This document shows, one piece after another, positions 47,733-57,400 of a stretch of 64,000 nucleotides of DNA (the first letter of the stretch is position 1; the number at the start of each line of letters is the position of its first letter). Under the pieces are notes generated by a model, which saw only the letters and a list, made by a program, of their open reading frames with translations, was not told where the DNA came from and did not search any database. Position numbers and translations under genes: made by a program. The DNA is taken from positions 31,852 through 95,851 of the forward strand of contig CANRVY010000001.1 of the NCBI GenBank assembly GCA_947643405.1, written 5' to 3'. This DNA comes from an uncultured Mycoplasmatota bacterium. Lineage in GTDB: Bacteria > Bacillota_I > Bacilli_A > RF39 > UBA660.

Positions 47733-47960
47733 TTATCCCTCTTTCTAAATAAAAAAAAGACTATCATTAGGAGCATATGATGCGGTACCATCCTAATAAA
47801 AAGTCTTACTTAATTTTGATAACGGTTTCCCGGAAATGTTTCCATTTCTCTCCGAAGTAGATTCATAGTATTTCTTATGTCCATTTTCACCATCCATGAA
47901 CTCTCTACCAAAAGTCCTACTATTACTAATCTTCATCCACGATTTATGTTTTTATTTTAA
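47733..47960 (-). promoter_or_regulatory. T-box riboswitch leader (Ser, probably a UCU specifier) for serS.
   Basis: Minus strand reads ATTAGGATGGTACCGC. The terminator is GACTTTTTATTAGGAT...ATCCTAATGATAGTC followed by TTTTTTTT. Stem I GGTAGAGAGTTCATGGATGGTGAAAATGG is present. GAATCTAC contains UCU. Confidence 0.7.
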
Positions 47961-47984
47961 CACTTTTCAAAAATCATTGTCAAG

Positions 47985-49271
47985 TTATTTTCCCATTTTC
48001 ATTCTTTCTTCAGTTTCCTCTATTTGTTTAAACCCTAAATGTTGATAAAGTGAAATGGCTATTGAATTATTTTTATATACCCAAAGAGTAATTTTTTTAT
48101 CTGGATACTTTACTATAATATCTTTTAAAATTGATGTTCCGATTTTACAATTTCTATAGGCTTCTTCGATATATAGTTCTTCAATTAATATTGTATCTTT
48201 ATCAACTTTATAATAACCAATTGTCCCTATTTTTTTATCATCTATGACAATCAAAAAATAATCATTCAAATGTTCTTTTAAAGTATTTTTTACATATTGT
48301 ATAATTCGTTTTTGCTCTGCAATGTCAGCTTCTCCTTCTGTGATAATGGTCTGTAAACGATAATTGTTGATTTGGTCAAAATCTTTTTTTGTGGCTTTTA
48401 CAAGTTTATATGTTTGATCTGGATTAATATGAATTGTCACATAAATAATTTTAGAATCGAACATTCTAAGCCTGTTTTCGGCTTCGTGAACATATTGATG
48501 AGCTTTCATAATAGATAAATTCGGATCTACACTTACTTCTGCTACTAATTTATAATAAGAACCATATTTCAAAACCAACAATTCATCAACTTGATGAATA
48601 TCTTTTTTTTCCAATATAATTTTTTTTAGATTGTCTAAATATTCAGAATCGGTTTCTTTTTCTTCTAAAATTATACTCATGTTATCACTTAAAACCTGAT
48701 ATCCTATTTTTATAATTAATAACCCTACAACAATACTCGCTATCATGTCAGCATATTTAAAAATTTCAAATATTTTTGATAATTGCATTAATAATACAGA
48801 TATAAATACCACTATAGAACTAATCACATCTGTACTGCTTTCATACCCACTTGCAAGTAAGATATTATTTTTATATTCTTTTCCTTTTTTAATAAGATAT
48901 TTAGACAATAGAAATTTTAAAGCTATCGTTAAAAAACTGATTACAGCTACTGCTATACTGGGAATTACAATATCTTTTTGAACAGAATTATAAATAATTG
49001 TACCACCTAGAAATAAAATTACTAAACTGATAATAATACTGGTAATATATTCTATTTTTCCATGTCCATATGGGTGTTTTTCATCTGCTGGTTTCCTAGA
49101 TAGATAGTTTCCGATAATCGCAATAAAATCTGTTGATAAATCACTGAAAGAATGAATTCCATCTGCAATTAAGGCACTACTTTTTCCAATTAATCCTGTT
49201 ATGATTTTTACAATAGAAAGAAAAATATTCGTGATAATACTGACTCCCATTACTTTTGCTATTTTATCCAT
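47985..49271 (-). CDS. Cation diffusion facilitator (CDF) transporter fused to a C-terminal GNAT acetyltransferase domain.
   Basis: Six transmembrane helices with HSFSD and HxxxD-like CDF motifs, then a CDF C-terminal domain. About 130 aa of GNAT-like sequence follow (IGTIGYY...LYIEEAYRNCKIGTSIL...LGF). Confidence 0.65.
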   Translation of the reverse strand: MDKIAKVMGVSIITNIFLSIVKIITGLIGKSSALIADGIHSFSDLSTDFIAIIGNYLSRKPADEKHPYGHGKIEYITSIIISLVILFLGGTIIYNSVQKDIVIPSIAVAVISFLTIALKFLLSKYLIKKGKEYKNNILLASGYESSTDVISSIVVFISVLLMQLSKIFEIFKYADMIASIVVGLLIIKIGYQVLSDNMSIILEEKETDSEYLDNLKKIILEKKDIHQVDELLVLKYGSYYKLVAEVSVDPNLSIMKAHQYVHEAENRLRMFDSKIIYVTIHINPDQTYKLVKATKKDFDQINNYRLQTIITEGEADIAEQKRIIQYVKNTLKEHLNDYFLIVIDDKKIGTIGYYKVDKDTILIEELYIEEAYRNCKIGTSILKDIIVKYPDKKITLWVYKNNSIAISLYQHLGFKQIEETEERMKMGK

Positions 49272-49359
49272 TTTTCACCTCGCAAAAAAGTACTATTTGG
49301 TACAGTACTTTAATATATGTTCATTCATTATAAAATAGTTCCGTTTATCTGTCAATCTA

Positions 49360-51966
49360 TTATTTGGCCTCATACCAGTTATCTCCATATTCAATATCTA
49401 CTTCTAGTGGAATAGATAGTGGATAAACTTGATCCATTTTCTCAGATACAATAGAGATTACTTTATCTTTTTCTTCTATTAGACAATCAAACACCAATTC
49501 ATCATGTACTTGTAATATCATCTTGCTTTTTATATTTTGCTTTTGAAATTCCTTATAAATATCTACCATTGCTTTTTTTATTAGGTCCGCACTGGTTCCT
49601 TGTATTGGCGTATTAAGCGCCATTCTTTCTCCACTACCACGTATCATATAATTGGGATTTTTCAGTTCTGGTAGTAGTCGTTTTCTTCCTAACAATGTTT
49701 TTACATATCCATCTTGATAAGCTTGATCTACAATTTTATCCATATAATCTTTAATTCCTGGATAAGTAAGCAAATAATTATCTATAAATTCTTTTGCTTC
49801 TTTTGGCGGAATACTCAAATTTTCGGATAGTCCAAAACTACTAATTCCATAAATAATTCCAAAATTCACAGCTTTTGCCATTCGTCTTTGTAGCTTTGTT
49901 ACTTCCTCTAATGGAGTTTTAAATAAATCACTTGCTGTTTTGGTATGAATATCAATGTTTTCATGAAATGCCTTTTTTAAAGATTCTACATCCGCTATAT
50001 GAGCAAGCATTCTTAATTCTATTTGAGAGTAATCACTACTTAAAATAATAGAATCTTTACTTGGAATAAATGCTTTCCTAATAATTTTTCCATACTCATT
50101 TCTTGCTGGAATATTTTGAAGATTTGGCTCTATTGAAGATAATCTTCCTGTTCTAGTTGTTGCCTGCATATAAATTGTATGAATTTTAGAATCTTCCATA
50201 ATTGAATTTTTTAACCCTTCTATATAAGTTGTATACAATTTTGTTAATGTTCGAAATTCCATAATTGCCTCAATAATTGGATGCGTTCCTTGAAGCTTCT
50301 TTAAAACATCTACAGCTGTTGAATATCCCCTTTTTCCTTTTTTTCCATGTGCAAGTTGTAATTTGTCAAATAGTATTTCTCCTAATTGATTTGGAGATGA
50401 GATATTAAATTCACATCCTGCTTGTTGATAAATCTCTTTCTGTAATAAATCGATTTTTTCTTTGATTTCTTTTCCCATTTCTTCTATTGTTTCACGACTT
50501 ACATATACTCCTGTATATTCCATATCTGCAAGTACAATAGAAAGCGGAAGCTCAATATCATAATATAAGGAACACATTTCTTCTTTTTCTAATTTATCTT
50601 GAAACAATTCTTTTGTCTCATAAATAAATTTTGCTTTCATAACAGCATGATATGCAATAATTTCTTCATTTGGTTTTTCTTGTTTTTTATTTTTCCCAAA
50701 AATAGACTCATAAAAGAAAATATCATAGTCCAATTGATTTGCCAAATATGCAATATCTTCTTTTACATTATATTCAAGTAAATAGGCTGCTATCATTGTA
50801 TCAAAAATACAATTTTCAAAATCAATTCCAAGATATCTTAAAGAAACTAAGTTCTTTTTAAAGTCATATGTATATTTGGGATTGTTTTTTAAAAATTCTG
50901 GATATTTTTTTAATGTTTCAATTGGAACATAAAAGGCTCTCTCTTTGTGATAAATTCCTAATCCTAGAGGTTCTGCAGTATGATAATTTGTTCCAAATAA
51001 TTCTAAATAAATTGCGACTTCTCCATCTAAAGTTACATTTTCTAAATCTGTTACAATTTCAATATCTAACGATTTTTTATCTAATTCTTCTTTTTTGTTT
51101 TTCTTAATGAAAGAATAGAATTCTAATTCCTCATACAAATTATTTAATCCTTTTTGATTTCCTCTATAAATTAATTCATCTGAATTAAAAGGAATTGGCA
51201 CTTCTTTATAAATTGTAGCAAGATCATAACTCATATAAGCATTTTCTTTTTCCTCTTCTAATTTCTGTGCAGTTTTTGTTCCTATTTTATCAAGATTTTC
51301 ATAAATACCATCTAAAGTTCCATATTCTTGTAATAATTTTAAGGCTGTTTTTTCTCCGATTCCTTTTACTCCAGGAATATTATCAGAACTATCTCCCATT
51401 AACGATTTTAAGTCTATCATTCTTTCTGGAACAATTCCATAATCTTCTTGAAAGGATTCATAATTATAACGAATATAATCTTTTTGTTTTAATAGTTTCA
51501 TATCGACATCATGGCTGATTAATTGAAGTAAATCTTTATCACTACTGATAATGGTTCCAACCCATTCTTTTTTTTCATCACAATAACGAGCAAACGTTCC
51601 TATGATGTCATCTGCTTCATAGTTGTCAATTTCAAAATAAGTAATTCCCATTTCTGTTAACAACTGCTTGGCCACTGGAAATTGAGCTTTTAATTCATTT
51701 GGTGTTTCTATTCTTCCTCCTTTATAATCTGTATATTTTTCATGTCTAAATGTTTTTCCTTTATCGAAAGCTACCATGATATGCGTTGGTTTTTCTTCTA
51801 AAATGATTTTATTTATCATATTGGTAAATCCAAATAAGGCATTCGTTGGAAAATCCTTGCTATTTTTCATGAAATTGCCAGTATATGCTGTTGCATAATA
51901 ACTACGAAATAAGAGGTTGTTTCCATCTACTAATATTATTTTTGCCATTTTATCACCTAGTTTCAT
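49360..51966 (-). CDS. polA: DNA polymerase I.
   Basis: 5'-3' exonuclease N-terminus, a 3'-5' exonuclease-like middle region and a polymerase domain (RRMAKAVNFGIIYG, QVHDELVF). 868 aa. Confidence 0.95.
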   Translation of the reverse strand: MKLGDKMAKIILVDGNNLLFRSYYATAYTGNFMKNSKDFPTNALFGFTNMINKIILEEKPTHIMVAFDKGKTFRHEKYTDYKGGRIETPNELKAQFPVAKQLLTEMGITYFEIDNYEADDIIGTFARYCDEKKEWVGTIISSDKDLLQLISHDVDMKLLKQKDYIRYNYESFQEDYGIVPERMIDLKSLMGDSSDNIPGVKGIGEKTALKLLQEYGTLDGIYENLDKIGTKTAQKLEEEKENAYMSYDLATIYKEVPIPFNSDELIYRGNQKGLNNLYEELEFYSFIKKNKKEELDKKSLDIEIVTDLENVTLDGEVAIYLELFGTNYHTAEPLGLGIYHKERAFYVPIETLKKYPEFLKNNPKYTYDFKKNLVSLRYLGIDFENCIFDTMIAAYLLEYNVKEDIAYLANQLDYDIFFYESIFGKNKKQEKPNEEIIAYHAVMKAKFIYETKELFQDKLEKEEMCSLYYDIELPLSIVLADMEYTGVYVSRETIEEMGKEIKEKIDLLQKEIYQQAGCEFNISSPNQLGEILFDKLQLAHGKKGKRGYSTAVDVLKKLQGTHPIIEAIMEFRTLTKLYTTYIEGLKNSIMEDSKIHTIYMQATTRTGRLSSIEPNLQNIPARNEYGKIIRKAFIPSKDSIILSSDYSQIELRMLAHIADVESLKKAFHENIDIHTKTASDLFKTPLEEVTKLQRRMAKAVNFGIIYGISSFGLSENLSIPPKEAKEFIDNYLLTYPGIKDYMDKIVDQAYQDGYVKTLLGRKRLLPELKNPNYMIRGSGERMALNTPIQGTSADLIKKAMVDIYKEFQKQNIKSKMILQVHDELVFDCLIEEKDKVISIVSEKMDQVYPLSIPLEVDIEYGDNWYEAK

Positions 51967-52036
51967 TATACAGGAAAAAAATGGGAAATACCAGTTATCT
52001 ATTAGAAATAAAATAAATCTCTATGAAATTAGAGAT

Positions 52037-52903
52037 TTATTCCTTTTCTATTTTTTTATAAACTTCGTTTAATATTTTATAACGATTTTCTAATATTGTT
52101 TTATAAAATTTTTTTCTTATTATTGACAAACTTTCTATGTTTTCTATAAATTTTTCTATTTCTTTTATTTTTATGTTAGGAAAAATTCTTAAAAGAGCTT
52201 CATTGCAGTCTTTATTTTTTTGTTCCTTTATATAACTTATATAATTAATCTTTTTTCCATCTTCTTTTAAACAAGAATAAGTATTTAATACTATATTTTT
52301 TTGCTCTTTAGAATCCATAGTATTAATTTCGTTATCTTCTAACATGGGATTTAGACAAGAGCCACAATCATAAATTGGCGAAACTATTACTTCTTTAGTT
52401 TTTTCATTTAATAAAAATCCCCAATTTCCATTATGCCTATCTGTATTTCCTATAAGACTATCAATAATAAACATATCCCAAAAATATTCTTTTGTTTTTT
52501 TTGAATCAATAATATGATTATTTTCCTCTAATACTTTCATAATATCTGGTATTTCTGTATCAATTTTTTTGTCAGGATAGGTAGATAAAATAAGATTTTC
52601 AAATTCATATAAGGAATTTTCTGAATCAGTAAAATCTTCACAAGCACAAACTATTTTATCTTTTTTATCATAATGATAAGTGCCTAAAATTGTATTTTGC
52701 GTTTTCATTCCACATAATTTAAAAATATTACTTCCAATGTATTCAGAAAAGGCATTATTTATATATGAAATATTTTTATTTTTTTGTCTAACTGGATCTG
52801 GAAATTTTACTAAGTATTTTTTATCATGATAAATAAGTGTTTTCTTTTTTTCAGAACCTTTATAAATATTAAATTGTTCTTTTGCAGTCGTAAAATCAAC
52901 CAT
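52037..52903 (-). CDS. HipA-like Ser/Thr kinase consisting of the C-terminal catalytic domain only (288 aa).
   Basis: LIGNTDRHNGNWGFL matches the HipA_C catalytic loop (GNxDxHxxN). SPIYDCGS matches the downstream conserved Asp region. The HipA N-terminal domain is absent and there is no adjacent hipB-like helix-turn-helix gene. Confidence 0.5.
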   Translation of the reverse strand: MVDFTTAKEQFNIYKGSEKKKTLIYHDKKYLVKFPDPVRQKNKNISYINNAFSEYIGSNIFKLCGMKTQNTILGTYHYDKKDKIVCACEDFTDSENSLYEFENLILSTYPDKKIDTEIPDIMKVLEENNHIIDSKKTKEYFWDMFIIDSLIGNTDRHNGNWGFLLNEKTKEVIVSPIYDCGSCLNPMLEDNEINTMDSKEQKNIVLNTYSCLKEDGKKINYISYIKEQKNKDCNEALLRIFPNIKIKEIEKFIENIESLSIIRKKFYKTILENRYKILNEVYKKIEKE

Positions 52904-52965
52904 TGAAACACCTTCTTTCTTTCAATAGAATATCATATTTTTTATAAAAATAACAAGAGAAACTT

Positions 52966-54339
52966 CTATTTTCTAGAAGTTTCTATGACATTCATAAATT
53001 CAGTTTGTAATTCTTCTAAACGTTCTTCTGAATTTGCTTCAAATCTAACTGTTAAGTTAGGTCCAGTATTAGAAGCTCTAACTAATGCCCAACCATCTTC
53101 AAATGATATTCTTACTCCATCTAATGTAATAATGGAATAATTTTTTGAAATCGCGTATTCTTTTACTTTCTCTACTATTTCAAATTTTGTTTCATCAGTT
53201 ACTTCTATTTTGATTTCTTCTGTAGAATAATACTGGTTAATTCCTTCTAATAATTCACTAATTTCTTTCTCTGTATGGGATAAAATTTCAATCAAGCGAA
53301 GTCCACCATAAATTCCATCATCAAAGCCTGGGAACTTGTCCCTAAAGAAGATATGTCCTGAATATTCTCCTCCAAAATCAAAATCTCCCTCTTGCATTTT
53401 CATATTGGTATAAGAGTTTCCAGTACGATACATCACTGGTTCTATTCCTAAATTTTCTAAATCATCAATTAAAGCTTTGGAACATTTTACATCAAATAAA
53501 GCTTTTTTATTCTTCATAGATGGTAATAAGTAGCGATAAATAATTGCCATCACTAAGTCTGTTGGAATAACTTTTCCATTCTCATCAACAATTCCTACTC
53601 TATCTGCATCTCCATCTATTCCAATTCCAAAATCAAACCTTAGCTCTTTTACTTTGTTTCCTAAATCTACCATATTAGAAGCAACACTTGGATCTGGATG
53701 ATGATTTGGGAAGTTTCCATCACTTTCACAATACAATAGTTTATATTCGATTGGAAGCATATCTAAAACTTCTTTTATTACTACTGACCCAGTACCATTT
53801 CCACAGTCTACAACAACCTTAATTTTTCTATCTCCAAAATCAACTGAATTTCTTAACAATTTTAAGTAACTACTTTTTAAATCCAACTTGATTTCAGTAC
53901 CTTTTCCTGTATCAAACTTTAGGGAATGTGTAAAATCACGAAATTCTTGTATTTGTTCTCCATAAGCATTTCCTACTTTTGAAAATGACATTTTAAATCC
54001 ATTATATTCTTTTGGATTATGACTTGCAGTAATCATAATTCCTGAATAAATTTCTAAATGATATTTTGCAAAATAATACATTGGAGTTGTAACAAGACCC
54101 AAATTAATAACATCGATGCCTGTTTCTAAAATTCCTTTTATTAAGGCTTCACTAAGTGTTGGAGAAGACAGTCTATTATCATGTCCAATTACAGTTTTTA
54201 CAAAACCTAATTTTTTGATATATGTACCAAAACTTTTTCCTAATGTATAAGCTACATCTTCTGTAATATCGTCTGGATATACTCCCCTCAAATCATATTC
54301 TCTAAATATATTAGGGTTAATTTCTTTTACAAGCTTCAT
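52966..54339 (-). CDS. Phosphohexomutase (phosphoglucomutase/phosphomannomutase or phosphoglucosamine mutase family).
   Basis: TASHNPKEYNGFK active-site Ser motif. A GIDGDADR metal-binding loop is present. 457 aa. Confidence 0.8.
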   Translation of the reverse strand: MKLVKEINPNIFREYDLRGVYPDDITEDVAYTLGKSFGTYIKKLGFVKTVIGHDNRLSSPTLSEALIKGILETGIDVINLGLVTTPMYYFAKYHLEIYSGIMITASHNPKEYNGFKMSFSKVGNAYGEQIQEFRDFTHSLKFDTGKGTEIKLDLKSSYLKLLRNSVDFGDRKIKVVVDCGNGTGSVVIKEVLDMLPIEYKLLYCESDGNFPNHHPDPSVASNMVDLGNKVKELRFDFGIGIDGDADRVGIVDENGKVIPTDLVMAIIYRYLLPSMKNKKALFDVKCSKALIDDLENLGIEPVMYRTGNSYTNMKMQEGDFDFGGEYSGHIFFRDKFPGFDDGIYGGLRLIEILSHTEKEISELLEGINQYYSTEEIKIEVTDETKFEIVEKVKEYAISKNYSIITLDGVRISFEDGWALVRASNTGPNLTVRFEANSEERLEELQTEFMNVIETSRK

Positions 54340-54452
54340 CTAATTCACCTCTATTTTTATTATACTAAAAAATTGTCCATATGAAAAAGAAAAGATTATC
54401 TAAATATGTAGCTTAACAATCATTATACAAAAAGAATGTCATTTCAGACATT

Positions 54453-57400
54453 CTAAAATAAACTAAGTTGACTAGATTCATCCATTCCATCAAAAATTCC
54501 CATTAGTTTCATTTTTTCCATTAAAGTTGCAGAAACTTTTCCTCTTTTTTGAACATCTTCTATATTTAAAAATGGGTGTTTTTCTCTTTCTTCTACAAGT
54601 GTTTTTGCTACAGTATCTCCTAAGCCATCGATAGTAGAGAATGGTGGTATCATGGTATCATCGCCCTCTACTACAAAAGTTGTTGCTTCACTTTTGTTTA
54701 AATCAATAGGCGCAAACTTCATACCACGAGCTGTTGCTTCCAGCGCTATTTTCAAAGTTTCTAGTACTGCTGCATCTTTATTTGTTGCATCATATCCTTT
54801 ATTTTGAATTTCTTGCATTTTTCTTTTAATTGCATCATATCCTTCAATCATTGAATCGATATCATAATCTGTAATACGTGCTGAAAGATAGGTTGCGTAA
54901 TAAATGACAGGCATATGAACTTTAAACCAAGCAATACGAAAAGCACTAATAACATAAGCAGCCGCATGGGCTTTTGGGAACATGTACTTTATTTTTCCGC
55001 ATGATCCAATAAACCAATCTGCTATTCCTGCATTTTTCATAATTTCCACATGGCCTGCCCATGTATCTGGATCTTTGCTTGCTTTTCCTTTACGAACAAA
55101 CTCCATAATTTTAAAAGCTTTGATTGGTTCAACACCATTATACATCAAATAAACCATGATATCATCACGACATCCAATAACATCTTTAAATGGAACCACT
55201 TTATTTCGAATTAATTCCTGGGCATTTCCAAGCCAAACATCAGTTCCGTGAGAAAGACCAGAAATCTTAATCAATTCTGAGAAAGTTTTTGGTTTTGTAT
55301 CAACTAACATTCCAATTGTAAATGGGGTCCCAAATTCAGGTATTCCCAGTGTTCCTGTTGGACACATAATTTGATCTTCTGTTACTCCTAATGGTTCTGG
55401 TGATAAGAAAATCGCCATTGTTTCTTTATCGTCTAAAGGCACTTTGGTAATATCCATACCTGTTAGATCTTGTATCATACGAAGTTGTGTTGGATCTGAA
55501 TGTCCTAAAATATCTAGTTTTAATACATCTTGATCAATTGCATGGTAATCAAAGTGTGTTGTTCTCCAAGCAGCTGTTACATCATCTGCAGGATATTGAA
55601 ATGGCGTAAAATCAAATACATCCATATATCCTGGGATAACAACAATTCCACCTGGATGTTGTCCAGTAGTTCTTTTAACACCTGTACATCCCATCGCAAT
55701 CCGTTCTATTTCAGCCCCCCTCATAACTAAGTTTTTATCTTCCAAATATCCTTTGACAAATCCGAATGCTGTTTTTTCTGCTACTGTACCAATTGTTCCT
55801 GCTCTATAAACATTATCCACTCCAAATAATACTTTGGTATAATCATGAGCTGATGCTTGATTCAAATCGGAGAAGTTCAAATCAATATCTGGTACTTTAT
55901 CAGCATTGAATCCTAAGAATGTAGCGAATGGCATATCTTGCCCATCCTTGTACATATTTTCTCCGCAATTTGGACAAATCTTATCTGGCAAATCAAATCC
56001 ACTAGAATACGTAGCTCCTAAAGCATTTCCATTATCATCTTCAAAAACACTATGCTTACATTTTAAACAACGATAATGTGCTGGTAAAGGATTTACTTCT
56101 GTAATTCCCATCATAGTTGCAACAAAGGATGAACCTACTGATCCACGTGAGCCAACTAAATATCCATCATCATTTGAATGTTTTACAAGTTTCTGAGCAA
56201 TCAGATAAATTACGTCAAATCCTCCACCAATAATTCCGCCTAAGCTTTTCTTCACTTTTTTTTCTAAATCTTCTGGTAGTAATTCTTCTTCACTGCTCTC
56301 TTTAATATTTTCTCTTAATAAATCTTTAATTGGTTCAAAGCCTTCCAAAATAATGTTATGAAGTCTTTGAAGGGCTTCTTTGGTAAATTCTTCTCCCTCT
56401 TGTTTTCCCTCTTTGATCATATTTTCTTTGATTGCTTTTAATACTCCATCGCCATAAAGCTCTGTTGCAATACGCTCTTCAATATTTTGTGGAAGAGGAT
56501 CTCCATACCAATCAGCTGCTCTTGTATAAACTAATTCTGTTGCTGTCTCTACTGATTTATCAATTTTAGGAGAAAAGGGAACTCCTCCAGTTTCTATAAT
56601 TACTTCTATGATTTCACACATATCCGCTATTTTATTAGGATTATCAATCACAATTCTTTTTATTGTTTCATCATCTAGGAAAGAAAAATCTTCTACCATT
56701 TCACGAGTTGTTCTGAAATGCTGACAAGGAATTTCTTTGATATTATTACGAGCTAACGGATGTCTTCCTCCTCCTGGCACTTTTTGATTGACAATAATGC
56801 TTCTATAAATTTTGTCATCTCTATTTAAATGATGAACATCACCTGTTGCTACAACTAGTTTTCCAGCTTCTTCTGTAACACGAATTACCTTTCTTAAATG
56901 TTCTAAGAGTTCCGCTTCATTCGCAAAATCATTCATTTGTAATAAGTGACTATAGACTTCTGGGGGCTGAACTTCTACATAATCATAAAATTTAATAATA
57001 TTACTTAATTCTTCATCACTTTTACTTCTTCCTTCTGTAAAAACTTCACTTTCGTAGCAACCACTTCCCACTAGGATTCCTTCTCGAAGTCTCGCAATTT
57101 CACTTCTTAAAATTCTAGGGGTTTTATATAGATATTTGGTATTTGCAAGACTAACAATTTTAAACAAGTTTTTTAATCCAACTTTGTTTTTGGCTATTAA
57201 GTTAATATGAAATGTTCGTCCATATTTATGAATTTCATCTTTTGAAACTAGTTTATCTAAATCAGAAATTTTTTCAAAATTCATCCCTTCTAATTTTTTC
57301 ATCATTTTGTGAAATACATAAGCAGTTGCTTCTGCATCATAATCTCCTCTATGATGCGATTCTTCATCAAATGGAACATCATATCGTTTTACCAACGCCG

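Noticed and set aside
50599..51518. Several 60-83-aa plus-strand ORFs inside polA.
   Set aside because: They are antisense to the conserved polymerase. They are Phe/Leu/Ile-rich AT-bias artefacts.
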